A DNA stretch of 64,000 nucleotides, taken from Lytechinus pictus. Taxonomy: Eukaryota. Below are positions 12,608 to 27,381 of this stretch, piece by piece. The notes beneath the pieces are model-generated. The model was not told where the DNA came from, did no database searches, and was given only the letters and a program-made list of their open reading frames with translations. The stretch covers positions 22,754,001-22,818,000 of the forward strand of contig NC_087260.1 in NCBI RefSeq assembly GCF_037042905.1, written 5' to 3'. How positions within the stretch are numbered: position 1 is the first letter of the stretch; every line of letters starts with the position of its first letter. The position numbers and the translations under genes were made by a program.

Positions 12608-14371
12608 TATGGAATATAATGTTGTATGAAGAGATGAAATAGTATACTACTAACATTATGATTAATGAAAGATAAGATTAAGCTTTGATTAGGAACACAC
12701 AAAAAGGGGACTTTGATCTATATACCTTCGTCATGACCCGCATTTAGATATTCGTTATGGCAAGACTGGAATAGGTGTCTAAACAGCTGCAGCGGACGAG
12801 GTGGAGGAGAAGGAATATCCCCAGGTTTCAAGGTGGTGGTTAGAGGAGCCGGGGGGTAGGGTATATGTAAATCATCCCCATGTTTTAAGATATATATTCT
12901 TGCGATAACATGTTGCAAATGAAATAGAATTCTCATTTGGGTTGCATAAGGTTTTCCTTTCTAGCATTCTAGATTTGCATGGGTACAACCTCGGGTTTTA
13001 ATAACCCACCAAATTCCAAATATAGCGTCCCAGGCGGTCAATTTATAATTATATTTGAATATGTTATCTTATGCATTCGGTAGCATGAAAGGACATTTTC
13101 AGTTCGCTTAATTAGTACAAATTGGCACGATTAGCAGTCATATAAGCTGGAATTATCATGCATGTTAAAAACGTTGCATAAATATCACAAATGATTCAGG
13201 ATTCAAGGTTTCGTTATTTTCACAGAAATTTTTATTTCAGTAAAAAAAATCAATGTGAGCACAGGCACACATAATAAATGATAAATATAATTATCAGCAA
13301 AAAGTGAAAGTAAATATGAGATCAAGTTAAAAAAAGAAGCAGAATATGTGAAGAGATATCCCCTTATTTACAAACACACCGAGGTTAAACAGTAGAACAG
13401 GGGCGGATCCAGGATTTTCCCAAATGGAGGCACATTTTCCCGAGGAAAAATTTGACAAGCAAAAAAAAATAAATAAAAAAGGTTTTCAACCCAAAATTAA
13501 GGAAATTTCGTCTATGACAAAATTTTACATGAAAAAAAAGAAAGAAAAAGGTCTTCACTTTCAAAACGGGGGAGGGGGTACACTTCTGTTTTAACGGCAT
13601 TTTTACATTACACAATTGAACAGGATATGGATGCTGGATATCGGAGAGTGTATGGTAATGGTCTATCGCCATCTACCATTTGTGGAAGGGGGGTATAATA
13701 GACTTTGAAAATATGAAAGTTACAAAAGTCAACACAGATAAAATCATAAGAGCATGATTACATTTACATAAGAATATAAATCAAATTATATAACAAACTA
13801 AAGTGTTCCATTACTATTTAAGAAGTTCGATATCAAAGTATTCAATTGTTTTGGACCATCAAACCATACAGTCTCATTCTATCGTTATCCTAAGACATGA
13901 TTTGACAATAATTCAAAATTAAACAATCTAAGATGTATAGTCAGAATTGTTAGAATTACTTTTTGTTATGTTTCGAAAATGAAGCCCTGGGAAAATTGTA
14001 TATTAGATAGTCGTCATTTTATGCTTCAAATAGTGAAAATGCTGGATCACCATCCGAATTTTATTTCACAGACTCCATGTGTTACAATAGGAGTCGCCAT
14101 TAGAAAATATAAATCATGTTGTTAATTTTTTTTCAGTCACAGTTACATGTATCTTGAAAGTGTCTGCGCAAATTTAATATGATTTTTTTTTCAAACATAA
14201 GACCTTAGTAATACAATTAGAAGTTCCATAACATACATACATTACAAAAAAGAGAAGGGGCAATTAACGTATTGCTCAATTTTGGAAGAGGGCTTATTTT
14301 TTCATGAAAATATTTATGTTCTACAACAATCTTCATCCTTTCATTAGTCAACGGATGTTTCAGATTTTTAT

Positions 14372-15988
14372 TCATATTTTCATCTTATTCAGTTCTTCGT
14401 AATAGGGCATAGCTTGCTTGGATAGTCGGATAACATCTCGTGGCATCTTTTCTACTGGGACGGTTGGCTTTAGCGGGAGAAACCCGTCTGAGAAGACTGC
14501 CGTTTCAAAGAAGGCAACGGACAACTTGATGATGTCGTCGCTCGCTGTCTTCCAGGTCTTGGTGATGTCCGGAGAGGCATCCCAATGAAGTAGTGAATCA
14601 CTGTAGGGAAGACCGGTCAGGTGACAGAACTTCTTCAGTACCTTCGCAGGGTTGGCCAATAGATCGTTTGTGTTGATGACAATTGGGTCGGGGTCCAGGT
14701 TGTCTCGAACGTATTTCAAGAATTCTAAGGCTCCGCTGTAAAAATTGTTTGCCTTCGCGATTGGGTCATCGTATTCAATGTCGAATGCCTCTTCGTCGTC
14801 CGGATCACCCGTTCGGATACCAACGTTTGTGAGGTGTTTGTACATGGCTATTCTGTAGGAAGTATACAATCTATAAGGATCCCGAATGAAGAACACGTGT
14901 TTGAATCCGGATGGTAGGTATGGTCGAGTTGCCTTGTCTTCAAAAGCGAGATACCCTTCTTTGGCAAATATATACTTGCTAGTGGACCGTTCAATGTCCT
15001 TCTTCACGTAATCGTATCTAAACAAGAACAACGAAATATTGGTAAATTTATGTTAGTATTTCTAGTTTATATTACAATAATTTATGTCTTCAGCTCCCAG
15101 TGAAACAACCCCCCCCCCCCCTGTTCTGCTCTCACCCCCTTCCTTTTGTCGTTCTTTCCTTCTTTCTCATGTTCATATTCTTCATAGTATTTTGTCTGTT
15201 CCCTTTATTCCTCATCCTATTTCTTCTTATTTTTTTCCTAGCTCGTGCTGCCTTGAGGGCCGAATTAACGTATGCCTTGGCGTAATATCCGTCCTCTTTT
15301 GTCAGTCCACAAAATCAAAATGGCTCTTCTTCGTCATTTCATGCCTGATTTAAATTTAGTTTGCTTTTGTGATAAAACGATATAGGGGATTCCAACATTT
15401 TTAAATGCTTTTGAAACTCATTAAATATCTTTTACACAGAATGTTGAAATTTTGACTAAAAAATATCTAGCACAATTAAGAACAAATAGTGTTATATATT
15501 TATGTTGTTATAAGAAAAGATTTTGTATAATTCATACCAAAAAATTATATTTGGAAGAAGATAATTTTTTTTCTGAAATGAAATGAATTGAACCTGTGCT
15601 GCCCCCTCCAAAAAATAATAAAAGGGATATACAATCCTCCAAAGAATATAAGCTGTAAAATCTGCTTTGAAAAATACAACAATGAGGAATATAATTAAGA
15701 TCTTTTTCGTACTTACACCACTCGTTCTGGGACTAAGTCAGTTCCACTGAGACGCCCAAACAACTTGGTAGCTTCCCGTACTTTCTCTTCATTACCTTCA
15801 TATTCCAGGGGCATTTTATCACCCGTCCGATTCTCGTAATCATTCTTCACACTGTACGCTCGTGTAAACCGTTCAAACCATATTTCTATTCCTTCAACGC
15901 CACTCAGACACTTGCATAGAGCCGTCGAGATGGTTCTTGGCAAGACCCAAGCGATTATTTTAACCGGGGTTTGTTCGGAATCGGCCAT
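14372..15988 (-). CDS. Sulfotransferase-fold protein, array gene 3; exons 15988-15717 and 15017-14372; 305 aa
   Basis: Donor GTAAGT, acceptor TTTAG, in-frame join V|YDYV; motifs AWVLPRTISTA, HVFFIRDP. Confidence 0.9.
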
Positions 15989-18117
15989 TTTGGTTAAGTG
16001 AGAGAAAAATACAAACGAACGAGTTGCGTTAACAGTCAGTCCGCACAGCGTATGCTAATGAGCTACAGCTGGGATCCCGTTCAACTTCCCGTTCGCCGGT
16101 TTGGCCGAATTCGAACTCTTCGTGTATCACGAGAAAAAACGAGATTCTGCAAGGGGTCAACAAACTTACAGCGTGCAGCTTGGTGTTATTTTTTAGTGTT
16201 GCAGCATGCATGGGTAAGTTTTCAATGAATTCTACTCTTCAATTTGATACCAAAATCGCACATTTTGAGCGCAAATATGATATCATAACCCAGCAGCGAA
16301 TTCAGTGTAATTTCTGCTGTCTTTTCTCAACTGTTTTAGACCTAACGTTACATTTTCCGAGTTCCTGACTGGTATTGAAGTCGAAATTCGTCTTAAATTA
16401 TTTTTTTGCGATCTTGACTTTAGGCGAAGTCGGCTTCTAAAGATGAACGAGGGGCATGGTTCTTAAATTAGATTAGTTCTGAATTGAAGAGAACTACATA
16501 AAGTATAACAACTGACCTTGTACACAAACATTACAAAAAGGCAATATTGATAATTTGGAACTTAATTTCCGACCTTTGAACGTTGTATATAGAATGAACT
16601 GATTAAACATAAGTTCCAAGATAATCATTATTCTAAAAACATGTTGGAAATAAAATCTACCCCCTATGGAAAAACACAATATCTACATTTTGCACGAGTT
16701 GAAATATTAAGCATTTTTACGGCGGTTTTTTTTTTCATAGCCGCTCAAAACTATTTTATTTCTCAGTATTCTGTAATAATGAAATTGAAGAGCATATAAT
16801 ATGTGCCTATTTCAAGCCCCAAATAACAAATATTGGTTGTTGTTTTTTAGATATTGAAGAAAATGTAGATACTTTGGGGAAATTCGAACCGAATGCACGG
16901 TTTCCCCATGGAAAAAACGCAGTATCTACAGAAGAAAAGAGAATTCCATTCAGTTTTCATTACAATGAAATAACGAATCAATGTGTACGTCAGGGGAAAA
17001 ATAATAGCTTAGGAACACGAATGGCACGCTCTACTAACAAGGGCGCTCTCTGTGATAAAATCCCCCAAAATGGTTTCAAAAATTACACATAACATTAATT
17101 CTTGTAAAGAATGCAATTAACAAGTCTCCCGAGTTGCTGTGTTTATCTTTTATAACTTTTGAGTTTGTACTTAGATTTTTGTGTATTTACTAGCTTAGAA
17201 ATACTGGGGCAATACAGATCAGTGCACCCTCTACAAATCATGCCCTCTGTAGTAAAATTACCACAGAGGGCGTCCTTCTTGGTAAAGGGCGCCCTCCATG
17301 CATCTAAGCTATTATTTTCCCTTTAATTACATATGTACATTCTTTTGGTAGTGAAGCAATATCGACTGAGTAATTTATGATAAATATGAATTTAAGTAAC
17401 ATGTTATTCATCTGTAGATACTGCGTTTTTCCACTGGGAAACTGAGCATTCGCTTTAAATCTAAATACGTCAATATCTCAAAATACAACAACTTTTGTGG
17501 GGTTTCTTGGGGCCTGAAATAGGCACATACACAATCTGCAATTGACGATAAAGGAATACTTAAGAAATATTTTTTCGAGGACTTTGAAAGAATAAAATAG
17601 TATGCTTAATATTCTCAACTTGTGCAAATGTAGATACTGCGTTTTTTCCATGAGAAGCATATTTGCTTTTCACACTACATTCTTTCTTGCTTAATACCTG
17701 CAAGTTGGTGGGGCTAAGGGGGGTCTTAGCCCCACCAATTTCCCGGGGTTAAGCTTAGCCCGCTTTGTTTTCACACTACGTTTTAGCAAAGTGGGCTAGC
17801 ACGGTAAATAGTACGGTACTATCAGGCCCTGCAAAAAAGCAGGGTTAGCCGGCTTATTGTGGTGCTAGCAGCACAATCGCGGTGCTTAGAGATGCAGTGT
17901 GAACGAAACTGGGCTAATGAAAAGTGTGGCTAAGCATTAGCTAATCACATAAGTCAAAATTGCACGTTAATCGCACTCTGCCCGGTAAAATCATCAGTAT
18001 TCATGAGCTATGTGATAGTCCGGGGTGAAGGCGTTGACCCCGGCTAAGAAAATAGTATGGGGTTAAGAAAGACAGTGTGAATAAAAAAAAAGATAGTATG
18101 GGGTTAATATGGGTTAA

Positions 18118-18857
18118 CCCTAAGAAGACTGGGGGGCTGATTCAGCCCCCCCCCCCCCGGCCCCTCGACATTTTTTGCGATAAATCCGCCGCTTGAAATT
18201 TTTTGACCGCGTCGCTCGCTGACTACTTTTAAGTCTCGCGCAACTTTTGAGACCAAAATTGTGACCCCCGGGTACGCGGTTCCGAAATTACGCAACATTT
18301 TGTAAGTGCATGCAGACCCAAAATTACAAAAAAACGTGAATTTGTGTACAAACCCAATGCAAATAGTGTTTTTAGCCAAAATTCATAAATGTATCATTAT
18401 TTTTCCTTTTACTGCTTAAAATCAATTAATTTTATCTTTTATATGGTCAAAATAAAGTCCCCGACAATTTCCATTGAAAAAACAATAAAAAACAAAAAGT
18501 AAAAAAACAAAGAAATACATAAGAAATTTAGAAAAACAATAGAATACATAAAAATATAAATGTGATGTTGAAATTTTTGAAAAATAAATTTGATCAGATG
18601 CCTATCTAGAGTATGTGAAACAGAAATTAGCATTTTAGGGCCATTATTTCATTAATTAGAGCAAACTTATGATTTTACGCATAAATTAGCATAATTAATG
18701 AGCAATTAGATTTTTCGCAGAATTTGATATTATAGTTTTGTTGATAAGCGCGTGCCAATTTTTGTCGCGATCGCGCGATCGACGGCCGAGATGGGGCTGA
18801 ATCAGCCCCCCCCCCCCCCGTCTTCTTAGGCATCGAAATAGCCCAGTCTATTTAGGG
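18118..18857. mobile_element. piggyBac-like MITE, present only in duplication copy 1
   Basis: TTAA-CCCTAAGAAGACTGGG ... CCCAGTCTATTTAGGG-TTAA; absent from the paralogous site near 24800-24860. Confidence 0.85.
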
Positions 18858-20283
18858 TTAAAGGAAATGCAATAAAACGCATACCTAAGTTCAGTGTTGA
18901 TACTGCGTTTTGCAGTTACTAAAAAGTGGCTTTACCAAAAGAAATTCTGAAAACTGGATGTGTCATGTGAAAAAGGAAAGTTTACTAACCACTTTTCTGA
19001 AAAAAGTGAAAGTACTGTGTTTTTCCATAGGGGAGGGGGGCAGAAATAGACTGATATATATGCAAGTTGCACAAGGATTTCCTTTCTAGCATCCTATATT
19101 TGTGTACATCCTATACATTTGGGTACAACTTTGGGCCCTCCTCCGGCTTTGATAAACCACCAAATGCCAAATAAAATTCCCCAGGTGGTCCATATATTTC
19201 AATAATTATCTTCCAATTCGTTGGCCTGAAAGGATTTTTTTCAGCTCGATTATTTAGTGCAAATTAGTATGATTAGCAGTCATATAATGTGGAAGTATTA
19301 TGTATGTTAAAGTGGTCCTATAAATACAATCACAAATGACTCAGGAATTAAGGTTTCGTTCTTTTAATTCTATTTCTCTTTCTCTTTTTCTTTCAGTAAA
19401 AAAAAACTGGTCAATGTGATCGCAGGCATACATAATAGGCCATATGATATAGTTATCAGCAACAAGTGAATGTATATATGAAATCAGAAGCAGATATTGT
19501 GAAGAGATATCCCCTTATTCACAAACACACAGAGGTTAAAAAGTAGAATATCAAATAATAATACATTTGGGTATGAATGGGATGGATAGGACAGAGAAGG
19601 GAAATGGTGAGTTGCGAATCTCTTTTCGCTTTTTACAAAAGAATATGAAAGTAGGAAAACAATATATTACATGATTCAAGACAAATACATCATAAAAATC
19701 AGATTACATTTATAACAAAGGACGGATATGAAATTGGAGTTGTAATAAACTAAATACGGTTCTATTTCTACTAAGTAAGTTGATATCGAAAATGTCTTTG
19801 TACTACGTACACCATGCGAAAAACCATCCATTCTCATTCTGTTTGTTAAATCCCATTTTTAAAAGTTAACATTAAGTTGAGGGGACATTAAAACATGTTA
19901 AACAATCTGGTGTCCGAATTTTTAGAATTGTGTCTCATGTCTGTGATGCATTTTGAAATGAAGCCCCGGAAAAAATGTACCCGATAATCATGATTTAATG
20001 CTTCAAAAAATAAGAAAAAATGAACTCTGACCGGAAGAGTCATCTAAATTTTTATTTCAAATACATGTATAGGATACCATACATGCCATATGTTACAAAA
20101 AAGTCACCAGCAGATAAGCCAAATTACGTTGGGTTTTTTTTTTCTTCTTAGTAAAAAATACATTTGTCTTGAAAGTGTCTCAAAAATTCGATATAATCCT
20201 TGGTATTTTTTTAAATTCCTATGAATACACATCGAAGTTCAGGATTATTTCAAGATAAGACCTTTGTAATTTTGCGAATGTCT

Positions 20284-20888
20284 TTAAACGTCAAGTCCAC
20301 CCCAGCAAATATTGATTTGAGTAAACAGAAAAAAATAAAACAAGCATAATGCTGAAAATTTGACCAAAATTGGTTGTAAAAAATAAAGTTGTGACATTTT
20401 AAAGTTTCGCTCATTTTTCACAAAACAGTTATATGCACAACTCAGTGTCATGCAAATGAGAGATTCGATGACGTCCATCACTCACTTTTTATTTTTTTTT
20501 ATTGTCTGAATAATACAATATTTCTATTTTTACCAATTTGACATTGAGAACCAACTTAACCGAACCATACATGCTATAACAATGGTAATGCCACATGTTC
20601 AGGGAGGAATTAAACTTTGTTTCACAGGACAAAGGGTGAAAATGAAAATATTTCATATTTCAAATAATAAAATACAAAAGAAATAGTGAGTAAGTGATGT
20701 CATCAGTCGCCTCATTTGCATTCTGACTAGGATATGCATAGAACTGTGTTCTGAAATTCAGCGAAACCTAAAAATGTCACAACTTTCTTATTTTACATCC
20801 GATTTTGATGAAATTTTCAGTGTTACGCTTTTTTTATTTTTCTCTTTTTATTCAAATATTATTTTTTTCGGGGTTGACTTGTCATTTA
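20284..20888. mobile_element. MITE (Kolobok-like) shared by both duplication copies (second copy about 26288-26896)
   Basis: Degenerate TIR TAAA.GTCAAGTCCACCCC / GGGGTGGACTTGTCATTTA with internal inverted symmetry. Confidence 0.6.
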
Positions 20889-21349
20889 TTAGTAGCATTG
20901 CCAGTTCCATATAGCATGCATTGCATATAAAGAGCGAGAGAAGGGCGGCAAATGTTTTATTACTGACCTAGCTATTTTTCCTGAACACACTAAAACAGAC
21001 ATGCACTGTCAATTAAATATTGCCCAAACATCATAGTGACAAAGTGTACACAGAACTTTTTTATTCATGCTATTTGAATGTCATTTTAACTATTGTGGCT
21101 TATAAGTCTACACGGGGACAACTGCATATCATTCAACTTATACTTGAGAGTAATTTGAGAGTAATTTAAATTATAACTTGTGTGATTTTTTCCACCGAAA
21201 AAACTCATCCTTTTCATTGTTTTTGTAGGTCTTCTCATTTTAAACATTATGTGCATTCAATATTGCTCAATTCTTTCGAATGGGTTTTATCTAAAGAAAA
21301 TAATTTCTTTCACCCTTTCATTTGTTAATTAATGTTTCAGATTTTGTAT

Positions 21350-23005
21350 TCATATTTTCATCTTGTTCAGTTCTTCGTAATAGGGCATAGCTTGCTTGGA
21401 TAGTCTGATAACATCCCGTGGCATCTTTTCTACTTGAACCGTTGGTTTTAGCGGGAGGAACCCGTCTGAGAAGACTGCCGTTTCAAAAAATGCATTGGAC
21501 AACTTGATGATGTCGTCGCTCGCTGTCTTCCAGGTCTTGGTGATGTCCGGAGAGGCATCCCAATGAAGTAGTGAATCACTGTAGGGAAGACCGGTCAGGT
21601 GACAGAACTTCTTCAGCACCTTCGCAGGGTTGGCCAACAGATCGTTTGTGTTGATGACAATTGGGTTGGGGTCCAGGTTGTCACGAATGTATTTCAAGAA
21701 TTCTAAGGTTCCGCTGTAAAAATTGTTTGCCTTCGCCATTGGGTCATCGTATTCCATGTCGAAGGCCTCCTCGTCGTCGGGATCCCCCGTCCGGATACCA
21801 ACGTTTGTGAGATGTTTGTACATGGCTATTCTGTAGGAAGTGTACAATCTGTAAGGATCCCGAATGAAGAACACGTGTTTGAATCCGGATGGTAGGTATG
21901 GTCGAGTTGCCTTGTCTTCAAAAGCGAGATACCCTTCTTTGGCAAATATATACTTGCTAGTGGATCGTTCAATGTTCTTCTTTACGTCTCCGTATCTAAA
22001 CAAGTACAATGAAAATATTGGTAGATGCATTTTGATACTCAATTAGTTCTGATTTTCTTTTGAAAGTATTTCATACATACTAATTACTATGTGTAATTTG
22101 ATATCCCCGGCAAACATTTTTTACCCCCCCCCCCCCCCCCGTTTCGCTCCCATCCCCTTCGATTTCTGATTCTTTACTTCTCCTTGCTTATGTTCACACA
22201 CTTTTCATACATTTTCAATCCCCCCCCCCCTTTTGTTTCGTTTCTCCTCGTTCATCCTACCATTATTTATTCTATCTTTTGTTTTATCCAGCCCTTCAAG
22301 CCGGAAAAGCTTATGCCACGGCCTAGCGTCCGTCGGCTTTCGTCAGTCCATAATTTCAAAATGCTCCTTTTTCGTCATTCAATTCATTTCACATTCAAAT
22401 ATTTTCTGCAGTGGGGGTCTAAATTTAGGATAAGATTAGACCAACCTTCGGAATCAATTAAAATTTGGATAATTGTTTAGGGTGAACATTCTCTGAAAAC
22501 CAAAAACGGTCAAAATGTCACCTCTATATCAGTATTCCAACTCAATAGTAAAAAAAATATCACAAGCAAAAAACAAAAGCCATCAAAACTCTGTGCGGGG
22601 GTGGGCACTCCTCCCCTTCCACCTCTTTAAAGAAATAATAGAAATAAAAACAATTCCCAAGAATATGAGCCAAAGACATATGCTTTGAGAATCTAACATT
22701 GAGGAATATAATTTGTCGAGTTTTTGTACTTACACCGCTTTTTGGGGGACTACGTCAGTACCAATGAGACGTCCAAACAACTTGGCAGCCTCCCGTACCT
22801 GCTCTTCACTGCCCTCATATTCCAGGGGCATTTTATTGCCAGTCTGACTCTCATACTCATTCTTCATAAAGTGCGCTCGTGTAAACCGTTCAAACCAAAT
22901 CTCGATTCCTTCAACGCCACTCAGACACTTGCATAGAGCCGTGGAGATGGTTCTTGGCAAGACCCAAGCGATTATTTTAACCGGGGCTTCTTCAGAATCG
23001 GCCAT
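21350..23005 (-). CDS. Sulfotransferase-fold protein, array gene 4; exons 23005-22734 and 21995-21350; 305 aa
   Basis: Canonical GT-AG 738-bp phase-2 intron; same motifs as gene 3. Confidence 0.9.
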
Positions 23006-26000
23006 TTTTGGTTAAGTGAGAGAAAAATACAAACTAACGAGTTGCGCTAACGTATTTAAGAAACGATAAGTTCTGAAGAGAAAAAAACCACATAGAGTAT
23101 AACACAGGGAGGTGCTATCTTGGTGTCAGTAACCATTGACCTTGAACACACAAACGGCCAACAAAGCAATATTGATAATTTGGAATATAATTTTTGACCT
23201 TTGTACGTTGTGGATATAATAAACAGATAGGATACGAGGCCTCATTTATCGCTCCTATTTTCGATAAAGTTATTATAAATCAGTCCAAGGTCATCATTTA
23301 ATCTCAATGTCAACATTTCAGCTTGCATGGATGTTATATATTTCCACTTTATTACAAGTAATTTGCCCTTATTCCCTTGTCCTCTCTTACTCTGTATTTG
23401 TCTGCCTCATAGCCTTTAATCCTTTGTCGTTCTCCCGTGGCTTTATCTTCTTTTACCCTTCATTCTCTCCTTATCTCTCTGTCTGCCCTCTTTCTTCCAT
23501 ATAACCTCCTCCTCATTTTGGGGTTCTTTTCTTTATCGCTTCTGTATACCTCCTCTATTTTTTTGAAGAAAATGTAGATACTTTGGGGAAATTCAAACCG
23601 AATGCACGGTTTCCCCATGGAAAAACGCAGTATCTACAGAAGAAAAGAGAATTCCATTCAGTTTTCATTACAATAAAATAACGAATCAATGTGTAAGTCA
23701 AGGGAAAAATAATAGCTTAGAAACACGAATGGCACGCTCTACTAACAAGGGCGCTCTCTGTGATAAAGTCCCCAAAATGGTTTTAAAAAATTACACAAAA
23801 CATTCTTGTAAAGAATGCAATTAACAAGTCTCCCGAGTTGCTGTGTTTATCTTTTATAACTTTTGAGTTTGTACTTAGATTTTTGTGTATTTACTAGCTT
23901 AGAAACTCTGGGGGCAATACAGATCAGTGCACCCTCTACAAATCATGCCCTCTGTAGTAAAATTACCACAGAGGGCGTCCTTCTTGGTAAAGGGCGCCCT
24001 CCATGCATCTAAGCTATTATTTTCCCTTTAATTACATATGTACATTCTTTTGGTAGTGAAGCAATATCGACTGAGTAATTTATGATAAATATGAATTTAA
24101 GTAACATGTTATTCATCTGTAGATACTGCGTTTTTCCACTGGGAAACTGAGCATTCGCTTCAAATCTAAATACGTCAATATCTCAAAATACAACAACTTT
24201 TGTGGGGTTTCTTGGGGCCTGAAATAGGCACATACACAATCTGCAATTGACGATAAAGGAATACTTAAGAAATATTTTTTTCGAGGACTTTGAAAGAATA
24301 AAATAGTATGCTTAATATCCTAAACTTGTGCAAATGTAGATACTGCGTTTTTCCATGTGAAACATATTTGCTTTTCACACTATACTTTTTTTTGCTTAAC
24401 CCCTGGAAGTTGGTGGGGCTAAGGGGGGTCTTAGCCCCACCAATTTCCCGGGGTTAAGCTTAGCCCGCTTCGTTTTCACACTACGTTTTAGCAAAGTGGG
24501 CTAGCACGGTAAATAGTACGGTACTATCTGGCCCTGCAAAAAAGCAGGGTTAGCCGGCTTATTGTGATGCTAGCAGCACAATCGCGGTGCTTAGAGATGC
24601 AGTGTGAACGAAACTGGGCTAATGAAAAGTGGGGCTATTAAAGCATTAGCTAATCACATAAGTCAAAATTGCACGTTAATCGCACTCTGCCCGGTAAAAT
24701 CATCAGTATTCATGAGCTATGTGATAGTCCGGGGTGAAGGCGTTGACCCCTGCTAAGAAAATAGTATGGGGTTAAGAAAGACAGTGTGAATCCAAAAAAA
24801 GATAGCATGGGGTTATAAGGATAGTCCGGGGTTAAAGATAGTATGGGGTAAAGATAACGCAGTGTCAAACGCATACCTAAGTTCAGTGTTGATGCTGCGT
24901 TTTGCAGTTACTAAAAAGTGGCTTTTCCAAAAGAAATTCTGAAAACTGGATGTGTCATGTGAAAAAGGAAAGTTTACTAACCACTTTTCTTTAAAAAAAA
25001 GGTGAAAGTACTGTGTTTTTCCATGGGGGGGGGGGCAGAAATAGACTTCTGATATATATGCAAGTTGCACAAGGATTTCCTTTCTAGCATCCTATATTAA
25101 TTTTTTGTGCATCCTACATTTGGGTACAACTTTGCATGGGCCCTCCTCCGGCTTTGATAAACCACCAAATGCCAAATATAATTCCCCAGGTGGTCCATAT
25201 ATTTCAATAATTATCTTCCAATTCGTTGGCCTGAAAAGAAAATTTTTCAGCTCGATTATTTAGTGCAAATTAGTATGATTAGCAGTCATATAATGTAGAA
25301 GTATTATGTATGTTAAAGTGGTCCTATAAATACAATCACAAATGACTCAGGAATTAAGGTTTCGTTCTTTTAATTCTATTTCTCTTTCTCTTTTTCTTTC
25401 AGTAAAAAAAAACAGGTCAATGTGATCGCAAGCATACATAATAGGCTATATGATATAGTTATCAGCAATAAGTGAATGTATATATGAAATCAGAAGCAGA
25501 TATTGTGAAGAGATATCCCCTTATTCACAAACACACAGAGGTTAAAAAGTAGAATATCAAATAATAATACATTTGGGTATGAATGGGATGGATAGGACAG
25601 AGAAGGGAAATGGTGAATCGCGAATCTCTTTTCGTTTTTTACAAAAGAATATGAAAGTAGGAAAACAATATATTACATGATTCAAGACAAATACATCATA
25701 AAAATCAGATTACATTTATAACAAAGGACAGAAATGAAATTGGATTTATAATAAACTAAATACGGTTCTATTTCTACTAAGTAAGTTGATATCGAAAATG
25801 TCTTTGTACTACGTACACCATGCGATCAACGATCCATTCTCATTCTGTTTGTTAAATCCCATTTTTAAAAGTTAACATTAAGTTGAGGGGACATTAAAAA
25901 CATGTTAAACAATCTGGTGTCCGAATTTTTAGAATTGTTTCTCATGTCTGTGATGCGTTTTGAAATGAAGCCCCGGAAAAAATGTACCCGATAATCATGA

Positions 26001-27381
26001 TTTAATGCTTCAAGAAAATTAGAAAAATGCACTCTGACCGGAAGAGTCATCTAAATTTTTATTTAAAAAACATGTATAGGATACCATACATGCCATATGT
26101 TACAAAAGAGTCACCAGCAGATAAGCCAAATTACGTTGGGTTTTTTTTCTTCTTAGTCAAAAATACATTTGTCTTGAAAGTGTCTCAAAAATTCGATATA
26201 TTTTCCTTGGTATTTTTTATTCCTATGAATACACATCGAAGTTCAGGATTTTTTTAAGATAAGACCTTTGTAATTTTGCGAATGTCTTTAAACGTCAAGT
26301 CCACCCCGGCAAATGTTGATTTGAGTAAACAGAGAAAAATCAAACAAGCATAATGCTGAAAATTTGACCAAAATTGGTTGTAAAAAAGAAAGTTGAGACA
26401 TTTTAAAGTTTCGCTCCTTTTTTATACAAAACAGTTATATGCACAACTCAGTGTCATGAAAATGAGAGATTCGATGACGTCCATCACTCACTATCTCTTT
26501 TGTTTTTATATTGTCTGAATAATACAATATTTCTATTTTTACCAATTTGACATTGAGAACCAACTTAACCGAACCATACATGCTATAACAATGGTAATGC
26601 CACATGTTTAGGGAGGAATAAAATTTTGTTTCACAGGACAAAGGGTGAAAATGAAAATATTTCATATTTCAAATATCAAAATACAATAGAAATAGTGAGT
26701 AAGTGATGTCATCAGTCCCCTCATTTGCAATCTGACTAGGATATGCATAGAACTGTGTTCTGAAATTAAGCGAAACCTAAAAATGTCACAACTTTCTTAT
26801 TTTACATCCGATTTTGATGAAATTTTCAGTGTTACGCTTTTTGGATTTTTCTCTTTTTATTCAACTCAATTTTTTTCGGGGTGGACTTGTCATTTATTAG
26901 TAGTATTGCCAGTTCCATAACATACATTGCATATAAAGAGCGAGAGAGGGGCGGCAAATGTTTTATTACTGACCTAGCTATTTTTCCTGAACACACTAAA
27001 ACAGACATGCACCGTCAATTAAATATTGCCCAAACATCATAGTGACAAAGTGTACATAGAACTTTTTTATTCATGCTATTTGAATGTCATTTTAACTATT
27101 GTGGCTTATAAGTCTACACGGGGACAACTGCAAATCATTCAACTTATACGGCTAATGACCCTTTGGGTTTTGCTTTCAAAATATATTTGAGAGTAATTTA
27201 AATTATAACCTGTGTGATTTTTTCCACCGAAAAAACTCATCCTTTTCATTGTTTTTGTAGGTCTTCCCATTTAAAAACATTATGTGCATTCAATATTGCT
27301 TAATTCTTTGGAATGGGTTTTTTCTGAAGAAAATAATTTTTTCACCCTTTCATTTGTTAATTAATGTTTCAGATTTTGTAT

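Larger units (their letters stand above)
16853..23562. repeat. Recent tandem segmental duplication unit of about 6.7 kb (copy 1, carries gene 4); copy 2 is 23563 to about 35790 (carries gene 5 plus insertions)
   Basis: Sequence from TTGAAGAAAATGTAGATACTTTGGGGA at about 16853 recurs colinearly from 23563; 23005-23556 matches 35283-35790. Confidence 0.9.

Noticed and set aside
21996-22042. Extended N-termini of exon-2 ORFs (MSIKMHLPIF..., MLALHGG..., MFLFR)
   Set aside because: Intronic read-through upstream of the conserved acceptor; the true N-terminus comes from exon 1.
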